64,000 nucleotides of DNA from an uncultured Alphaproteobacteria bacterium (GTDB lineage Bacteria; Pseudomonadota; Alphaproteobacteria; Rs-D84). Location of the stretch: assembly GCA_947175875.1 (NCBI GenBank), contig CAMWON010000002.1, forward strand, positions 80,357 to 144,356, in the 5' to 3' direction. The position numbers were made by a program, and so were the translations under genes. The notes below the pieces were generated by a model. The model was given only the letters and a program-made list of their open reading frames with translations, had not been told where the DNA came from and searched no databases. Of this stretch, positions 17,395 through 26,505 are shown in pieces (position 1 is the first letter of the stretch; the number at the start of each line of letters is the position of its first letter).

Positions 17395-19719
17395 ATGAAG
17401 AAAATCGTTACGTGGATTTTTGCTTTTGCTTTTACGGCGCCGGCCGCCATGGCCGATACGCCCGTTATTTCACGTGCCATTCCGTCATCGGCTGCATCCG
17501 TTGATAACAGTGCGACGCGCGATAATTCAACCGTGTCGTCCGCGCGTACGACCGTGCGTCGCGATACGGCTCAAAAATCAAGCGCCGGCACAACAGCCGC
17601 GTCATCCGAGAAAGGGGCGACGGCCGTCCGCGCAACTCGCACCACGGACACGGCCACGCGCGCCGTGACACCGTCGCGCGGTGCGGCGGCGCGCATCGCC
17701 GCGGGCGACACGGCGACATCGGCACGTGACAATTTGAATGCTGCGGTGAACACGGTCGGGCGCAATGCGCGCGTGACGGCGGCATCCGTCAACAGCGACC
17801 CGGCGGTGCGCCGTGCGGGGGTGACGCTGCGACCCAGCACGGCCGAGGTTGGGGGCCGCGCAAAAATCGCCGGGACAAATATTCAGACAGGCTCTAACAT
17901 CGGGGAATCTGTGCGCGCGCTGCAATCACGTGCGGCGTCGTCCACAACAACCACGACCCAGAGAGAGACAATAGCTGAGGCCAAAGAACGCCTGGAGCAG
18001 ACGGCCGATTTGAACAAATCATGCCAGGAGCAGTACAACGACTGTATGGACCAGTTCTGTGCGGTTATCGATTCCAATCAGAAACGTTGCAGCTGCAGTG
18101 CAAACTTATCCAGATACACCAAGGTTGAGACGGCGGTCAAAGACGCCAATACCCAGCTGAACGAGGTGGCGCAGCGTATCCGATATGTCGGATTGTCGGC
18201 GGACGAGATTCGGGCAATTATGTCCGCGACCGAGGCGGAAGAGGCCCTGTCCGGTGCACGCGACACGACCGAGACGCGCAACATGCTGGCCGATATAGAA
18301 GATTTGATAAAGAATCCGTCGTCGTCGACGTCGGTGGCCGGCAACGACAGTTTTTCGACGCTGGATTTGAATCTTGATTTTTCCGACACGTCCAATTTAT
18401 TTAGTCTGGACTTCTTAAACAACAATTCCAGCAGCATGTCAAACCTGCGCGGGACGGATTTGTATAACGCGGCGAAAAAGCGCTGCAATTCCATACTTAG
18501 CCAGTGTAAAGACGCCGGTGCCACGCAACAGCAGCTGACGGCGAATTACGATTTGGCGATTGACAAGGACTGTATCGCGTACGAGCAGGGGTTAACAAAA
18601 ATGAACGAGACTTTGGTCTCGAACGTGCGCAGTGCGAATCTGATGCTGCAAAAGGCGCGTCTGGCCGTGCTGCAGAATAAAAACCAGTATGATGCAAAGG
18701 GGTGCATTTCGGCACTGGACACATGCATGACGGATGAAATGGTTTGCGGTGAAAATTATGAAAAATGTCTGGACCCGACCAAAAGATACATCGATGAAAA
18801 CGGCAAGGTTGTAATCGGCCAGGATATTACGTTTATCCGCGACTTTATGAAGTCATATGACAATTCTGCAATAAATACTGAATTTTTGAGAAATGCGGCG
18901 GCGTCTAGCAAGGTGGTCGGCATCGAGGCATGCAAGAAGAATATAAGCGGAGAGTCAGGTGAGAACAGTGCGGCCAACGGCGACGGGTGGTGCGCGGTTA
19001 AATATCTGCTGCAAAAGATTGGAACCGGCGTCCGCTCGACAGAGGGGTTGTGTCGGCCCGTTCTGGACAAGTGCCAGCGTTATACGTACGACAGCAACAA
19101 CAATTATCAGCCGTACAACGACATCGTCTTAAATTACATCCAGCGCGCGATGGTAAACATAAAGTCCGGCCAGGAAAAGACAATTGCGGATTATGCGTCG
19201 AACTGTATGGTTGATGTCGCGACATGCTATAACCAGCAGGTGAGCCAGGTGAATGCATGGACGTCGTCGGCCAGTGTCGGCAGCATTCGCAACGTTATGC
19301 GCGGTGCATGCCGGAACGTCGTGCTGACGTGCGGATATGCGATATTTGATGATTGCTCTACCGCATGTGAATATTTTCAGGACGAAAATCGTAAGAACCA
19401 GTGTTTGGCGAACTGTCCGAAAACATCAGGTGGCGAGGGTGATATTATAGATGCGGTTTCCGAAATGTTCTATAACAGCATGCTGTGTCCGGATAATTCG
19501 ACATACAATAAAACGTCTAAATCAGCAGCAACCGAAGATAACAAGAAACGATATGTCAATGATTTGTGCACATGCAATACGGGCTATGAACCGTGGAGCA
19601 GTCAGTGCGTTTTAATATGTCCCGATAACTCTGACCGTAATTCGTATGGTTCGTGTGTGTGCGATGAAGGCTATACCATGAAAAACGGTGTCTGCATACA
19701 AAATGCCAAAAGCGAATAG
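17395..19719 (+). CDS. Large secreted cysteine-rich protein (775 aa from the Met at 17395), unknown function
   Basis: Signal peptide MKKIVTWIFAFAFTAPAAMA. About 180 aa of Ala/Thr/Arg/Ser-rich low-complexity region, then a predicted helical segment, then over 40 Cys including the EGF-like C-terminus CTCNTGYEPWSSQCVLICPDNSDRNSYGSCVCDEGYTMKNGVCIQN. No recognisable enzymatic motif. Confidence 0.65.
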   Translation: MKKIVTWIFAFAFTAPAAMADTPVISRAIPSSAASVDNSATRDNSTVSSARTTVRRDTAQKSSAGTTAASSEKGATAVRATRTTDTATRAVTPSRGAAARIAAGDTATSARDNLNAAVNTVGRNARVTAASVNSDPAVRRAGVTLRPSTAEVGGRAKIAGTNIQTGSNIGESVRALQSRAASSTTTTTQRETIAEAKERLEQTADLNKSCQEQYNDCMDQFCAVIDSNQKRCSCSANLSRYTKVETAVKDANTQLNEVAQRIRYVGLSADEIRAIMSATEAEEALSGARDTTETRNMLADIEDLIKNPSSSTSVAGNDSFSTLDLNLDFSDTSNLFSLDFLNNNSSSMSNLRGTDLYNAAKKRCNSILSQCKDAGATQQQLTANYDLAIDKDCIAYEQGLTKMNETLVSNVRSANLMLQKARLAVLQNKNQYDAKGCISALDTCMTDEMVCGENYEKCLDPTKRYIDENGKVVIGQDITFIRDFMKSYDNSAINTEFLRNAAASSKVVGIEACKKNISGESGENSAANGDGWCAVKYLLQKIGTGVRSTEGLCRPVLDKCQRYTYDSNNNYQPYNDIVLNYIQRAMVNIKSGQEKTIADYASNCMVDVATCYNQQVSQVNAWTSSASVGSIRNVMRGACRNVVLTCGYAIFDDCSTACEYFQDENRKNQCLANCPKTSGGEGDIIDAVSEMFYNSMLCPDNSTYNKTSKSAATEDNKKRYVNDLCTCNTGYEPWSSQCVLICPDNSDRNSYGSCVCDEGYTMKNGVCIQNAKSE

Positions 19720-19729
19720 GTGCCTAAAT

Positions 19730-19757
19730 AAAAAACGACCGAACGGTCGTTTTTTTA
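19730..19757. terminator. Bidirectional rho-independent terminator between the large Cys-rich gene and convergent dnaQ
   Basis: aaaaaacgaccg-aa-cggtcgttttttt: a perfect hairpin flanked by an A-run and a T-run. Confidence 0.6.
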
Positions 19758-20432
19758 TGCGGTGATTTTTGCAATAAATTCGTTGTGCGCGGCCAGCTCG
19801 TCCGGGTGGGCGGGGAATGAGCGGCGCGGAAAATCGCCGCCGATTTTCGGGTGCTTTAAAAACGCCGCATGCTGGTCCGCAATGATTTCGGATATGTCGG
19901 GGACGGGCGCCGTATTTTCCAATTCCAGATAAACCTTTGCCAGAATCTCAGAGTCGATTAACGCGCCGTGTGCATCGGCACGCGCCGTCAGCGATATGCC
20001 GTACCATTTTGCCAGCGCGTCCAATGTAAACAGTTTTGGACCAAAAACGCGGTTGCGCGCCAGAACCAGCGAGTCTATCTGGCGGCTGCGCGGAATCTGG
20101 GGCAGGCCGAGTTTGCCAAGCTCGTGATTTACAAACGGAAAGTCAAAGTCGATGCCGTTGTGCGCGACAATCGGCGCGTCGCCGATAAATTCCAGAAAGC
20201 GGGGCGCGACCTCTATCATTTTTGGCTTATCTTCCAGGAACGCGTTTGAAATCTTGTGGACCATGTATGTTTCCGGGGGAATAATCTTGCCTTCTGGATT
20301 TATGTATTCGTGAAATGTTTTGTCCGTAATTTGCCCGTCAATGATTTCAACCGCGCCGATTTCAATGCAGCGGTCGCCGCGCATGTATTCAAAACCGGTT
20401 GTTTCAATGTCAAAGCAAATAACGCGTTTCAT
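19755..20432 (-). CDS. dnaQ: DNA polymerase III epsilon subunit (3'-5' proofreading exonuclease, DEDDh)
   Basis: Exo I VICFDIETTG; Exo II VAHNGIDFDFPFV; Exo III HGALIDSEILAKVY. Confidence 0.85.
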   Translation of the reverse strand: MKRVICFDIETTGFEYMRGDRCIEIGAVEIIDGQITDKTFHEYINPEGKIIPPETYMVHKISNAFLEDKPKMIEVAPRFLEFIGDAPIVAHNGIDFDFPFVNHELGKLGLPQIPRSRQIDSLVLARNRVFGPKLFTLDALAKWYGISLTARADAHGALIDSEILAKVYLELENTAPVPDISEIIADQHAAFLKHPKIGGDFPRRSFPAHPDELAAHNEFIAKITA

Positions 20433-20490
20433 TTTTCCATTTCCCTTTGATAAGCAGACAACGGTGTATTATAATGAATGCGTGAATTTA

Positions 20491-22560
20491 ATGCTAGAAA
20501 ATCTTAACGAGGCCCAGCGCGCCGCGGTGGAAACGACCGAAGGGCCGCTGTTGGTGCTGTCGGGGGCGGGAACGGGCAAGACGCGCGTGCTGACGACGCG
20601 CATCGCGCATATTTTGCAAAGCCGCCTGGCCATGCCGTGGCAGGTGCTGGCCCTGACGTTTACGAACAAGGCTGCGAACGAGATGAAGGCGCGCATCGCC
20701 GCGTTTGCCGCGGACGGTGCGTTTGATGCGCGCGATTTGTGGTGCGGAACGTTTCATTCTGTGGCGCTGCGGATTCTGCGCGCGAATGCGGACGCGGCGG
20801 GCCTGCGCCGTGATTTTATCGTATATGGCGACGACGACCAAAAGGCCGTGATAAAAAATATTTTAGCCGCCCTGGGAATGTCAACCAAGACCCCGGCCGA
20901 TTATGTGGAGCAGTTTTCGTCGGTCAAGGACAGGGGGCTGCGCGCGCTGGAATATTCCGACAAGGTGTATGCGGCGTATAACGCGGAACTGGCGCGGTTG
21001 AACGCGGTGGACTTTGGCGACATAATATTAAAAGTGTTGCAGTTGTTTGATACGCACCCCGAAATCCTCTTGCGGTATCAGAACCAATTCAAATACATCT
21101 TGGTGGACGAGTTTCAGGATACCAACCACGCCCAGATGGAATTTCTGGAAATGCTGACCCGCGGGGCGGAGCGGCCGAACATATGTTGCGTCGGCGATGA
21201 CGACCAGTCCATATATTCATGGCGCGGGGCGGAAATAAAGCACATTTTAAATTTCGACAAAACGTTTGACGCCGCGCGCGTAATCCGGTTGGAGATAAAT
21301 TATCGCAGCACGCCGAATATTTTGGGCGCGGCAAATTCGCTGATACGCCATAACCGCGGAAGACTTGGCAAGGATTTGCGCAGTGCGGATGAAAATACCG
21401 TCGGCGAGCCGGTGTATGTCTTAACCGTCCCCAGCGACTGGGACGAGGCGCGTGTCGTCGCCGACGCTGTCCTGCGCGATGCGGCGGATTTCGGCAAGTT
21501 TGCGGTTTTGATTCGTGCGGGCTCGCTGTCGCGTTTGTTCGAGGAAGAGTTTGCGCGCCGCGGCATTCCGTATCGTTTGATTGGCGCGACCAAGTTTTAC
21601 GACCGTGCGGAAATCAGGGACGCGATTGCGTACATACGCTTGATGGCGTATCCGTTTGACGATATTTCATTTTTGCGCGTAATCGGTCGTCCGCGCCGCG
21701 GTTTTGGCGCGGCGGCGATTGAAAAACTGCGCGGGGCCGGGCCGGATTTGATGTCGGGGCTGATGAATGCGAAACTGTCGGCAAAGCAGAGGGCGGCCGC
21801 CGATGAATTTTTGTCCGCGTTTGATTTCGACTGGTCCGCGATGGCGCCGATGGACGCGGCCAAGACACTTTTGGAGCGCGCGGGCTATTTCAAAATGTGG
21901 CGCGAATCCAAAGACGCCGATGCGTCGGACCGTCTTGCAAATTTGCAGGAATTGATAACCAACGTTATTTCCAAATACGACACAATCGCCGAATTTTTAG
22001 AGCAGGCCGCCCTGATGATGACGGACGACGATGCGGACGCGGCGGATGCCGGTGGCGCGGTATCCATAATGACGATACACGCGGCCAAGGGGTTGGAATT
22101 TGACACCGTGTTTTTGCCGGCCTGGGAGGAGGGGATTTTTCCCAACGAAAAGACCGTGGACGAGGGGGCGCTGGAGGAAGAGCGCAGACTGGCCTATGTG
22201 GCGATAACGCGTGCGCGCGTGCGTGCGGTTATCTTGAACGCAATGTCGCGTCGGTTGTTTGGGGAGCAAAAGTATAATTCGCCCAGTCGCTTTATCACAG
22301 AGATGGACGGCCGGTATCTGGATTTTCAGGGCGGCTCGCCCCGCGGTGCGTATGCGCCGCCGCGCGGTATTGCGACATCTTATACACCGGCGCCGCGTGC
22401 GGCGCGCGCGACGCCGAAAAATTCCGTGGGACGATTGGTGTCGCATGCCGATATGGGGCGGGGCGTTGTTATCGAAGACGGTGGCGAGATATTGACCGTC
22501 GCGTTCAAAAGCCGCGGAATAAAAAAGGTCGCGCGCGGCTATCTGACATTTGAGTCTTAA
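20491..22560 (+). CDS. uvrD: UvrD/Rep-family ATP-dependent DNA helicase
   Basis: MLENLNEAQRAAV...GPLLVLSGAGTGKTRVLTTRIAHIL (Walker A/motif I); DEFQDTN (motif II); QNYRST-like NYRSTPNIL; VSIMTIHAAKGLEFDTVFL (motif V/VI). The 20320 ORF start would overlap the dnaQ start, so the ATG at 20491 is preferred. A tattataat -10 lies in the divergent promoter region. Confidence 0.8.
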   Translation: MLENLNEAQRAAVETTEGPLLVLSGAGTGKTRVLTTRIAHILQSRLAMPWQVLALTFTNKAANEMKARIAAFAADGAFDARDLWCGTFHSVALRILRANADAAGLRRDFIVYGDDDQKAVIKNILAALGMSTKTPADYVEQFSSVKDRGLRALEYSDKVYAAYNAELARLNAVDFGDIILKVLQLFDTHPEILLRYQNQFKYILVDEFQDTNHAQMEFLEMLTRGAERPNICCVGDDDQSIYSWRGAEIKHILNFDKTFDAARVIRLEINYRSTPNILGAANSLIRHNRGRLGKDLRSADENTVGEPVYVLTVPSDWDEARVVADAVLRDAADFGKFAVLIRAGSLSRLFEEEFARRGIPYRLIGATKFYDRAEIRDAIAYIRLMAYPFDDISFLRVIGRPRRGFGAAAIEKLRGAGPDLMSGLMNAKLSAKQRAAADEFLSAFDFDWSAMAPMDAAKTLLERAGYFKMWRESKDADASDRLANLQELITNVISKYDTIAEFLEQAALMMTDDDADAADAGGAVSIMTIHAAKGLEFDTVFLPAWEEGIFPNEKTVDEGALEEERRLAYVAITRARVRAVILNAMSRRLFGEQKYNSPSRFITEMDGRYLDFQGGSPRGAYAPPRGIATSYTPAPRAARATPKNSVGRLVSHADMGRGVVIEDGGEILTVAFKSRGIKKVARGYLTFES

Positions 22561-23873
22561 GACGATTTCTTGCTGTCTTTGTAAATTTTCCAATATTTTT
22601 TCGCCTGGGCCTGCATGTTCTTGGCCAGTTTCGTGACGTCTTTGCCGAACTGCTGGCCCAGCGAGTCGTCAACACTGCCGCCCAAGTCTTTTGCCAGCTG
22701 CAGCGCCTTGTCGGCCAGGTATGCGACCAGACATCCGATAATCAGCGTTATCATAAATCCATCGTTGTCGATTGACGGGACGCTGGACGCCAGGTTCGCG
22801 TCCACCACGCCGGACAGTATCGCCGCGCACACCGCGACAACAATCGACAGTGATACGAAATAAATTGCGGCGTTTATGAATCTGTTTATCTGCGTGGTCA
22901 AACTTTCCGTTTTGAACAACCCAAGGAATCCGTTGAATATTGTTCCGGCGATTCCCTTGTACGACGTCTTGCCGACTGTTTCCGCAATCGCCGTGAACGG
23001 CAGCATGAATATTGTCAAAAACAGGTCTGCAATCACGCCCAGCGCCATCAACGCAAACTTCCATATGTTTATCAAAAATATTACAATAAATACGGCGCCG
23101 ATTAGGAATGTGAACATGCTGTGTCCGATGCCGGCCAGCATCCATTTCCACCCGGCGGCGACGGCGGTGTAAAAGAATCCGGACAGTCGCGTCGGCACGC
23201 ACATTATGTCGGCGGCGGCCCGGGCGTCGATTATCGCGTCCGCGGCCATGTGCGTCGCGGCATAGTCACGTATGGCGCCGCATGTGTCGGGCAGTGATGC
23301 GCCGGCGGTTGTTGTCACCGCGTTCAAAATCAAATCCGACATATAGGTGCCCACGGTTATTATCGGGCCCGCGACCAGCATAAAAGTTTGGGCCGCACCG
23401 TATTGAATGACGAACACCCATATTGCGATTGTAAAGCCTTTCTTTACGATTCCCTCAATCGATTTTTTTACCTCCACGGCGCCGATAATCATCTGATACG
23501 CCTCGAACCCCATCCAGAACAGGAACGCAACCGCGATGAATATCGTTGCGAAACGCACCAACGAACTGTCCAGAATGCGCCCGATAAGCGTCATTGCGTT
23601 CATGAATGCAAGGCCGATTTTAGCCTCGACCGGGACATAGTCCGCAACCAGCTGATTTTGAAATTCGGATTGGAAAAAATTTATATCCTCGGCCAATTCG
23701 CCGGTAAAGGCCTCTTTGTTATGGTCGGTCGCCCACACGCCATAGTCGCCGATGTCGCCGGTTGCGCCCGGCACGTTGCCGGCCGCCATTGCGCCGGGCA
23801 TAAGCAGCAAGGCTCCGACGGCGCATATCATTATTTTTGAAAATATTTTTTTCAGCCTCGTCATGTATGTCAT
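22557..23873 (-). CDS. Polytopic inner-membrane protein, VirB6/TrbL-like paralog A (putative)
   Basis: Start taken at MTYMTRLKK, where ATGA overlaps the stop of paralog B. Signal/TM1, a soluble segment of about 70 aa, 6-7 further TM helices and a Lys-rich hydrophilic tail. Same architecture as the four upstream paralogs. Confidence 0.5.
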   Translation of the reverse strand: MTYMTRLKKIFSKIMICAVGALLLMPGAMAAGNVPGATGDIGDYGVWATDHNKEAFTGELAEDINFFQSEFQNQLVADYVPVEAKIGLAFMNAMTLIGRILDSSLVRFATIFIAVAFLFWMGFEAYQMIIGAVEVKKSIEGIVKKGFTIAIWVFVIQYGAAQTFMLVAGPIITVGTYMSDLILNAVTTTAGASLPDTCGAIRDYAATHMAADAIIDARAAADIMCVPTRLSGFFYTAVAAGWKWMLAGIGHSMFTFLIGAVFIVIFLINIWKFALMALGVIADLFLTIFMLPFTAIAETVGKTSYKGIAGTIFNGFLGLFKTESLTTQINRFINAAIYFVSLSIVVAVCAAILSGVVDANLASSVPSIDNDGFMITLIIGCLVAYLADKALQLAKDLGGSVDDSLGQQFGKDVTKLAKNMQAQAKKYWKIYKDSKKSS

Positions 23874-25309
23874 GCCTTTTTGCCAAACGCCTTGGACATG
23901 GCGCCGAATATCTGGGTCGGGGCAGACCATATCTTTTTGCCCAAATCCTTGGTCCATGCGCCAAAGTCAAACTGTTCCTTGCCCGGCGCGGACAGTATCT
24001 TGTCAACGCGCGGCGCCACGGCGTAATAGTACAGCAGGAACAGTCCAATCATTAACATCAGGAAATCCCATCCGTTTGACATAAAGTCGAATGCGCCGGG
24101 ATAGTGTCGCTCAACCTCTGCGCGGCGGGCGGTGAAACAGTTCTTGAACGCGTCCGCGTCCATTTCGCCGTCCGAGAGGGCGACGCGTTCGCAATCTGAG
24201 AACACGCGCATTACGGACAATGTTTGCGCGTCCGGATTTTCCGGTGCGACCCCCATCATCGGCGGCAGTATCGCGCTGTACCCGTCGGCGGGGCCGGGGA
24301 AGAATTCGTCGGCCGCGTACGAGACGGTCGCGTAAATGATAAGAATTTTTAATGTTATTGCGATAATTTGTATGGCGGTTTTAACCAGCATGTTTATCGC
24401 GTTGCCGGTTATGCCCCCGGCCAGCTTCCATGTTTTTTCAAATGCCGCCGCCGCCAGCAGGAACGGCAGGAATATTATTAAAAATACCAATTTGAATACA
24501 ACCGACAAAATCTGAAAGAACAGGTCGAACCCGATAATCAAAAACATTATCACCAGCGCCAGTCCCGCCAGCCATGTGAACAGGCCGCCGCCCATGCCCA
24601 GCCATGCGTAATTCATCAATGCAAATCCGCCCGCGGCGCCCGCCAGCATCACGCTGTTCAAATTTCCGATAACGCACATGAACGGCGCCATTACCGGGTT
24701 TAATATATCCGCCGAATCCGCCGCCGCGGTTTCCAGCGCGCGGCATTGCGAGCCCTGGGTTGTGCCGGTCGCCGCCATTGACAGTTCGGCGCCCACAAAC
24801 ATTACGGGCGTGATTGTTATGTTGGCGACTGTTTTTAACGCGGTTGTCCCGCCCATGCCCAGTGCGCCGATAAACACGCCGACGAACATTATGCGCGCGC
24901 CCTGGCGCCATACTTTGTCGAACCATGCCTGAAATTCTAGTTTCTTTTCAGACGTGTCCAAAGTGGACGTTTTCTGGGCGGCGGCATAGATATGCCGTAT
25001 CGCCTCTATAAACAGGAACAGCCCGAACCCCAGTGCCAGCAGTATCCACAGCGTTTCCACTATGGCGTTCCAGAACATTTCCGTTGCGCGGCTGATTACC
25101 GCAAACAGCTCCGTTATATACCCGCACATAAAGCAGCCCGATGCGCCGGCGATGTCGTCGGATGCACCGATTGCCGACATGAAATTATCCATGCTGGTGT
25201 ATGTTAAAGCCGCGCCGCCAATCGACGACGACAGGTACCAAATTCCGATACCCAGCGCAATGGCACCCATGATTAAGCGAATGGCAATCATTATTAATTT
25301 CGCCTTCAT
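23870..25309 (-). CDS. Polytopic inner-membrane protein, VirB6/TrbL-like paralog B (putative)
   Basis: 479 aa. The N-terminal CFMCGYITELFAVIS motif is shared with paralogs C and E (CWGCPVFDRLFQVIS, CWSCDMFGAVMATMS). Multiple TM helices and a Lys-rich tail. Start ATGA-overlaps the stop of paralog C. Confidence 0.5.
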   Translation of the reverse strand: MKAKLIMIAIRLIMGAIALGIGIWYLSSSIGGAALTYTSMDNFMSAIGASDDIAGASGCFMCGYITELFAVISRATEMFWNAIVETLWILLALGFGLFLFIEAIRHIYAAAQKTSTLDTSEKKLEFQAWFDKVWRQGARIMFVGVFIGALGMGGTTALKTVANITITPVMFVGAELSMAATGTTQGSQCRALETAAADSADILNPVMAPFMCVIGNLNSVMLAGAAGGFALMNYAWLGMGGGLFTWLAGLALVIMFLIIGFDLFFQILSVVFKLVFLIIFLPFLLAAAAFEKTWKLAGGITGNAINMLVKTAIQIIAITLKILIIYATVSYAADEFFPGPADGYSAILPPMMGVAPENPDAQTLSVMRVFSDCERVALSDGEMDADAFKNCFTARRAEVERHYPGAFDFMSNGWDFLMLMIGLFLLYYYAVAPRVDKILSAPGKEQFDFGAWTKDLGKKIWSAPTQIFGAMSKAFGKKA

Positions 25310-26505
25310 TTTCCACCCGCCTTGTCATCTTTTTTACCGCCGTTTATAATCGTCGCCCCGATTTTTTTCATGGTTTGGGCCGCCGCCGTGGTCAGTTTCA
25401 TCGCGTCGTCGGCCAGCTGTTCGCCCAGTTTGTTATCCGCCGATACGTTGAACGCGCCAAGCACCATGTTCGTGACCTGGGGAATCTGGGAATAGATATA
25501 ATTTAGTACATATACCAGCACAATCGCACTGCCCAGGGTTATCTGTGCCAGATTGTCCTGGTCAAGGTCGGCTTCAAACACGCTGCCGTTTGTAATCAGC
25601 GCCATCAAATCCGCCGTGGATGCACCGGGTGCGGAAAAGAATTTTGCGATTATCACCATTATCACCGTATATGTCAGTACCGCCGCCGCCAGACCAATTA
25701 TGGCGTTTATGACTTTTTTGAACTGGTCCGTTCCGACATTTTTGCCCAGGTTTGCCATCCATTGCGGCGCGTCGGCCCCTTTGAACGAGACCAGTGTTAA
25801 CGACAACGGAAAGAAAAATGCAAAGAAAGTCATTGCGATAATCACGTCCGCAAAGTAAAAGCAGAACCGTACGAACAGCTTGAAAAATCCATAGAACAGG
25901 TACAGTCCCACAAAGAACATTATTATATGTTTTATCAATGCGCCGATGCCCAGTAATGCATCCCAAGAAAATGCGTTATTCATTACAACGATGCCCAGTT
26001 TCATATAGGCCTGGAACTGGGTTATCGTGGTTTTCATAATCAGAATTATCGTATCGCGCAGGGCGGGGCGATAGAATCCGTCGTCGGACATCTGCATCGG
26101 CTGATAGGTCACTTTTTCATTAATCGTTTCCGTGTCCATGCGCAGCATGCTTTGCGTGTATATGGCCGTTATCTGGGCGACGGGCTCGAACGTTATCGTT
26201 GTTACAAAACGCGGCAGCCACACGCCCAGCGACAAAAACGCAAACGCCACCAAAGAGTTTATGAATACCGGCCGTATGGATTTTGCATAGAACGGGTCGC
26301 CGTCCGCACCGCCCTTGATGTTTTTCCAGACCGCGGACACCACAAAAAATGCGAACAGTACGCAGAACAGTATCATGCAGAACACGACGAACTTGTCATA
26401 TACCGCGGCGGCGGCCATTGATATCACCTGAAACAGACGGTCAAACACCGGGCAGCCCCAACACTGCACCGCGCCGTCTATGATAGGGTTCATTAGCTCG
26501 TTCAT
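25306..26505 (-). CDS. Polytopic inner-membrane protein, VirB6/TrbL-like paralog C (putative)
   Basis: Start at MNELMNPIIDGAVQCWGC, where ATGA overlaps the stop of paralog D. N-terminal amphipathic segment then a TM bundle, as in VirB6 (F..F..L...I then TM1). Gly/Lys-rich C-tail. Confidence 0.5.
   Translation of the reverse strand: MNELMNPIIDGAVQCWGCPVFDRLFQVISMAAAAVYDKFVVFCMILFCVLFAFFVVSAVWKNIKGGADGDPFYAKSIRPVFINSLVAFAFLSLGVWLPRFVTTITFEPVAQITAIYTQSMLRMDTETINEKVTYQPMQMSDDGFYRPALRDTIILIMKTTITQFQAYMKLGIVVMNNAFSWDALLGIGALIKHIIMFFVGLYLFYGFFKLFVRFCFYFADVIIAMTFFAFFFPLSLTLVSFKGADAPQWMANLGKNVGTDQFKKVINAIIGLAAAVLTYTVIMVIIAKFFSAPGASTADLMALITNGSVFEADLDQDNLAQITLGSAIVLVYVLNYIYSQIPQVTNMVLGAFNVSADNKLGEQLADDAMKLTTAAAQTMKKIGATIINGGKKDDKAGGK

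Noticed and set aside
20320-20490. N-terminal extension of the helicase ORF back to 20320
   Set aside because: It would overlap the dnaQ start and promoter region by over 100 bp. The conserved helicase N-terminus begins at the 20491 Met.
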